A program made the translations under genes and the position numbers. DNA of 64,000 bases from a virus. Every line of letters starts with the position of its first letter. Position 1 is the stretch's first letter. Location of the stretch: IMG/VR virus record IMGVR_UViG_3300029267_002476; one strand, given 5' to 3'. Positions 60,801 through 64,000 of the stretch are shown in pieces. Below the pieces are notes generated by a model. The model saw nothing but the letters and a program-made list of their open reading frames with translations, was not told the DNA's origin and made no database searches.

Positions 60801-63800
60801 AGAAGACGACGTTCGAAAGGACATGTTGCAGGGTCTTACGTTGGTAGCCCAATCACCCTCTGCGTCACAGTAAATGTAAGCCGCACCCTTTAGGATCCCA
60901 GCAGTCTCGTACCCCGCAAAGTTCAGTGCCCCTAAAGTGTCTCCGCTTTTGATAGCCGTGGGAGATGCAGCCGTTCCTCTACCCCTGCACATCGTAAAGA
61001 TGGGGAACACGTTAGTATCGTTCGTGTTGATCATCTTGAGGAATGTGTAGTTCGTGTCCTCCCTGGCCATATGGAGAGATGAATCTGGGGTATTAGTGCC
61101 AATTCCGAGATATTCGTTGGTCCCATCCCAATACAGATTAGCGTCGCCTTCGATAGTTCCGTCACCGGTCCAGACGCCCACCTGGTTATTTACGGGTGTT
61201 CCAACCTTGGTGACGTCTCCGCTCCCTGTCCCTGTATTGTCCAGGTTGACCCAGCTTGCGCCGTCGTACCCACGGAAATTACTACCGTCCCATTCGATAG
61301 CTCCTGCAACATTGGTATTTACCCAACTAGAGAGTTTGTGTCCTCCCGCTGTCTGATAAATGTCTCCAGAGCCTTGGATGATCAGCGTAGTCGAGCCAGC
61401 TGCTGTTCCCTTGGCAACAGAGAACACGTTATCCGTATTCCCCATGGTCGCCGAACCAGTACCGCCGTCGGACTTGCGAGACATTAGATGAACGCCACCG
61501 CGAGAGGAGGTAGTTGTAGTTGTCGAAGGGGTCTGAACTCGCGAACTTAAGTTCACCCCTACTTCGTTTCCTGTAGAGGCACAACCTGTAAGCTGGACGC
61601 CACCCAGCGTCCCGTTCCACTTATTGAACGATCCATACGTATCGGCCTCTTCGGATCCCGTGAACGGATGCGAAACGTCCGAGCTTTTAAGGGTCAGAAT
61701 CTTCAGATCCCCTGTCCCTTGCTGCAATGTCAGTCCGCCAGGATCAACATCAGGAGATGCCGTGTTCCCAGTCGATACTCGTCCGTTTCCCGTGATCCTG
61801 AGTCTCTCAACCCCGAGATCGCTAACGGTCGAAGAGGACGTGCGGAACGACAGGTATGTTGGGCGGATATTTGTGCTCCAGTCACCCTCTGCAACACCGT
61901 AGATGTAAGCGGACCCTTTCCGGTTCCCCGTGCCATCTGCTTCGACGCCTGCCCAACTTATAACGCCAAGGTTGTCCCCGGTTTCCACTGCCAGGGGAGA
62001 CGCCTCTGTGCCCCTTCCACGAGAGAAGGAAAGGCTGCCGTGTTCTCCAGTGTTGTTTGTGTTCTGGAGGATAATATCAGACGCATTCGCGTCCTCTCTC
62101 GAAATGAAAAGAGATGCTGCTGGATTAGAGGTCCCGATCCCCAAGGCTTCATTTGTCCCATCCCAGACAAAGTCAGCGTCGCCTTCGATAGTCCCGTCAC
62201 CGGTCCAAACACCAATCTGATTATTTGCTGGCGTTCCGACCTTGGTTACATCCCCACTGCCCCCAAGGTCACTCACGAGCGCTTTCTTTAGGTTTCCACT
62301 GTCACTTGTGTCGCTCAATAACACGTAATCAGCACCGTCCGCTGTGACGGTGCCCTTGCCAGTAATGGCAGCGTTAGCCAGCGTTAGAGCCCCAGAACCA
62401 GTCGCGTCTCCCGTGTGAGTCGCGTTGGTAGTTTTAGCGGTATTGAGCCCGATGGCCGTATCCATTATCTCGATCTTGTCCCGGATCGCATTCTTGGACG
62501 CAGCATCGGTATTGGCATTCCAGCTCGTAGCGTTGTAAGCAATGTCGCTGACCGTTACCGCTGTGGCACCATCCGCCACATTGATCATAGCCCTGACCTG
62601 GGTCGCTGTTAATTCAACAACCGGCTCACCTGCCCCTGCGACGTTACCCAGGATTCTCTCATCCGCTACAACGTTCTGCATCTTCGCGTAAGTAACAGCG
62701 TCGGCAGCTATAGTGAGCGCACCGTCCCCGGTCACATCACCTGTATGCGTAGCGTTTGTGACTTTCAACGTATTGGCAGCCACATCGGTTCCAATATCGA
62801 TCCCGTCTACCGTACCGCCAACAACAATATTTCCACCGACACTTAGGTTACTACCATCGAACGTGAGATCAGTGTCCCCTTCAATGGTTCCGTCCCCGGT
62901 CCATACGCCAACTTGATTATCTACAGGAGTCCCGACCTTGGAAACATCACCGGCCCCGGCTGGAACGGACCACGTGTTGTCACCACGCAGGAATGTGGTT
63001 GCGCCTGGAGTTCCGGATGCGCTCAGCATCGCAATGTCGACTGCGCCCGCAGCAATGGTCAGCGCTCCATCACCGGTTACGTCCCCCGTATGGGTCGCAT
63101 TCGTGACTTTAGCCGTGTTGAGACCGACCGCTGTTTCGATAGCGTCGAGGTCAACAGCCTGGGTTACCGAAATGTGGCCGACCTTGGTTTTCTCGGCGTC
63201 CGTGTATGCGTTCGTGTCAGAGTTGGACTCGTACTGCGTCTTGATACTCGCAGCAGACAAATTAGCCTGCGTGATCACCCAGTGCGCTGCCGTGGTCGGA
63301 GCATCCTGCTTTGCGGTAAGCATGTCGCCAATCTCGACATCAATCGTAAAGAAGGTTCCGGCAACAGTTACGTCGTACACATCTCCGATTTCAATCGATG
63401 AACTAGGGGAGACATCCAGGTCAGGAGTATTCGTATCCGCGTTATACCCGCCCTTGTATGCCTTGGCACTAGCAACCACAGAGCCAACATACGCTACGAT
63501 GGACTGCTGCGATGCGACTTTCGTGGCATCGTCAGAGGCCATATTGTCCTCATCCAGGAAGTACCCATTACCGGCCAAGGAAGTGTCCGCATTTAACGTC
63601 GCCCCAGTTACCGTGGTGTCTATCTCGTCAATAGCGTCCTGGTAGTTCGTAGCAGTCAGGCCAGAGGATGTGTTGTCGTACTCAGATTTACCCTTTGGTA
63701 CATAATCTGAACTGTCTACGTAGATTACAGCCGATCCACTCGCAGCGTTCGAGATCCTCTGTTCTGCAACAACATCGGCGAAATCAGCAGTGATCACAGA

Positions 63801-63974
63801 CGGATCATTCGCCAACACGATCTCGTTGGTCACCGTGTCAGTTATCGCCCCGAAATCTCCATCGGACGTCACCAGAAGCGTATTGCCAACGAGGTTCACT
63901 GCATTAGTAACATTTTTGAACCGGACCCCTGAGCCGACATCTTGCAACGCCGACATATCGATCAGGGACCCCAT
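57822..63974 (-). CDS. giant modular tail fibre-like protein (2050 aa)
   Basis: Single ORF. It has three DV(S/T)KVGTP..NQ.GVWTGDGTIEGD collars and five modules ending EW(D/N)GSNFRGY.G..WVN(L/F)D. Gly/Thr/Ser-rich. Confidence 0.7.
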   Translation of the reverse strand: MGSLIDMSALQDVGSGVRFKNVTNAVNLVGNTLLVTSDGDFGAITDTVTNEIVLANDPSVITADFADVVAEQRISNAASGSAVIYVDSSDYVPKGKSEYDNTSSGLTATNYQDAIDEIDTTVTGATLNADTSLAGNGYFLDEDNMASDDATKVASQQSIVAYVGSVVASAKAYKGGYNADTNTPDLDVSPSSSIEIGDVYDVTVAGTFFTIDVEIGDMLTAKQDAPTTAAHWVITQANLSAASIKTQYESNSDTNAYTDAEKTKVGHISVTQAVDLDAIETAVGLNTAKVTNATHTGDVTGDGALTIAAGAVDIAMLSASGTPGATTFLRGDNTWSVPAGAGDVSKVGTPVDNQVGVWTGDGTIEGDTDLTFDGSNLSVGGNIVVGGTVDGIDIGTDVAANTLKVTNATHTGDVTGDGALTIAADAVTYAKMQNVVADERILGNVAGAGEPVVELTATQVRAMINVADGATAVTVSDIAYNATSWNANTDAASKNAIRDKIEIMDTAIGLNTAKTTNATHTGDATGSGALTLANAAITGKGTVTADGADYVLLSDTSDSGNLKKALVSDLGGSGDVTKVGTPANNQIGVWTGDGTIEGDADFVWDGTNEALGIGTSNPAASLFISREDANASDIILQNTNNTGEHGSLSFSRGRGTEASPLAVETGDNLGVISWAGVEADGTGNRKGSAYIYGVAEGDWSTNIRPTYLSFRTSSSTVSDLGVERLRITGNGRVSTGNTASPDVDPGGLTLQQGTGDLKILTLKSSDVSHPFTGSEEADTYGSFNKWNGTLGGVQLTGCASTGNEVGVNLSSRVQTPSTTTTTSSRGGVHLMSRKSDGGTGSATMGNTDNVFSVAKGTAAGSTTLIIQGSGDIYQTAGGHKLSSWVNTNVAGAIEWDGSNFRGYDGASWVNLDNTGTGSGDVTKVGTPVNNQVGVWTGDGTIEGDANLYWDGTNEYLGIGTNTPDSSLHMAREDTNYTFLKMINTNDTNVFPIFTMCRGRGTAASPTAIKSGDTLGALNFAGYETAGILKGAAYIYCDAEGDWATNVRPCNMSFRTSSSTVGDYTVERFLITGDGRLSTGAEAAPDCSPGGITLNQGAETGRTVTLKNSGVSHPFTSADDADTFGALSCWNPTVGGLAIVGLTETGGNPAIGLSAQGAAPQTTTTASSWGNVHIYSRKSDGGTGTANLGNTDNMFALSSGGSATRWIMQGSGDIYQIAGGYKLSSWVNADVAGAIEWDGSNFRGYTGSAWVNLDTQGAATSPGGSDAQIQYNNGGAFGGASRLYYNDSTDHVGLGVTDPAWDLEVHNTVDGAHALMGCRAYSNSGYSAAFGLHSSRGTVGTPIATADLGALGNIYFVGQADASTARTAALVTARAEEAWSLTQSGTGFNFWTTALGATAYSHKFTMSGDGDFKLLAGGLLVGEYQAMAAAGAVEWDGSNFRGYTGSAWVNLDAQTSATSPGGSDGQIQYNNGGSFGGDTDMTWDDVNHRLTLGANTILTTGGNTAIDVNPGGIILDQGAGDGNIFTLKSSDISHPFTTIANSDTYFHIRKFTGAEGGAHIRGFAENDSSGLVLDAFTQAPHAVDTNPGVIALNVRESDGGTGLAALADTDVGLTYANNSTVKVTVRGSGDIITVAGVKVGAFGGTAAAGVMEWNGSNFRGYTGSGWVNLDGVSGTAVTAASVVADHSIVRGNGGSRDVQGSTVLITDTGQISTGGETSPDCDPGGLCLQQGTNDLKILTMKSSDVSHPFTGSEEADTYGTFNKWSGTLGGVQLTGCSSTGNEVAVNLNARVQTPSTTTTTSSRGGVHLMARKSDGGTGSATMANTDNVFSVAKGTAAGSTTLIIQGSGDIYQTAGGHKLSSWVNTDVAGATEWDGSNFRGYTGSAWVNFDSDGDVTAAAAMTDNTLIKGDGGSKGVQDTGITVDDSDRVENVKTLGYTSAYDNGTVTGTALSVTLSNGQLQKVKLGNAAIALTIVDTGNIGDGTWRLICEQNTGGSFGITSASVSGGTILTPDGSSLTFSTTAGAKDILMIVKEGTEYTLAFGAKNLSEWT
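58308..58823 (-). repeat. intragenic direct repeat, copy B (aa 1718-1889 of the giant fibre)
   Basis: About 89-90% amino-acid identity by eye to copy A, offset 2931 nt. Confidence 0.75.
61239..61754 (-). repeat. intragenic direct repeat, copy A (aa 741-912 of the giant fibre)
   Basis: See copy B. It contains palindrome copy 11. Confidence 0.75.
61541..61556. promoter_or_regulatory. palindrome family copy 11 (GCGAACTTAAGTTCAC, 15/16), intragenic
   Basis: Inside the giant fibre gene, where it encodes NLSSR. The paralogous repeat copy B lacks it. Confidence 0.6.
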
Positions 63975-64000
63975 GGGAGCTATTGCGTTCGTAACGTTCT

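Noticed and set aside
53499-63974. Repeats in the fibre genes as a CRISPR array or a DGR template/variable repeat pair
   Set aside because: The repeats are in-frame coding modules of hundreds of nt without short spacers. No reverse transcriptase gene is present in the window, and the differences between copies are not adenine-specific by eye.

Overview
This 64-kb window reads as one contiguous piece of a large tailed dsDNA phage or prophage genome. I recognise about 87 protein-coding genes. All but two are on the minus strand, so transcription runs from coordinate 64000 down to 1. The two plus-strand genes are an IS200/IS605 tnpA (30086-30496) and a small gene (38324-38566).

Layout from high to low coordinate:
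(i) 63974-38567 is a tail-fibre/baseplate/structural module. It holds a 2050-aa modular fibre, a 441-aa parallel beta-helix protein, a 960-aa fibre, three tandem beta-propeller paralogs, 936-aa and 885-aa baseplate/fibre-like proteins, and small structural ORFs.
(ii) 37803-38323 is a 520-bp non-coding control region with divergent sigma70-like promoters and two palindromic sites.
(iii) 37802-1 is an early/middle region. It encodes three DNA methyltransferases (MT-A70, a class-I SAM enzyme, a ParB-MTase fusion), a complete IS200/IS605 element, a second solo tnpB, and GroES-, Hsp20- and GHKL-like proteins. The replication set is DnaB split by a LAGLIDADG intein, a DnaC-like loader, a gp32-like SSB and an SF2 helicase. 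The recombination/nuclease set is RecA with an insertion, a Cas4-like exonuclease, RuvC-like and Hjc-like resolvases, an HNH endonuclease and a PD-(D/E)XK protein.

I saw no rRNA, tRNA or CRISPR array.

The strongest unexplained signal is non-coding. A 16-bp palindrome, GCGAACTYRAGTTCGC, occurs 12 times, almost always between cistrons. Four copies sit exactly 12 nt upstream of a start codon. There is also a conserved GTTGACAAA promoter class and a duplicated promoter-leader cassette.

All functional calls come from motifs read by eye in the translations. No database or HMM search was possible, so family names are hypotheses and many small ORFs remain hypothetical.
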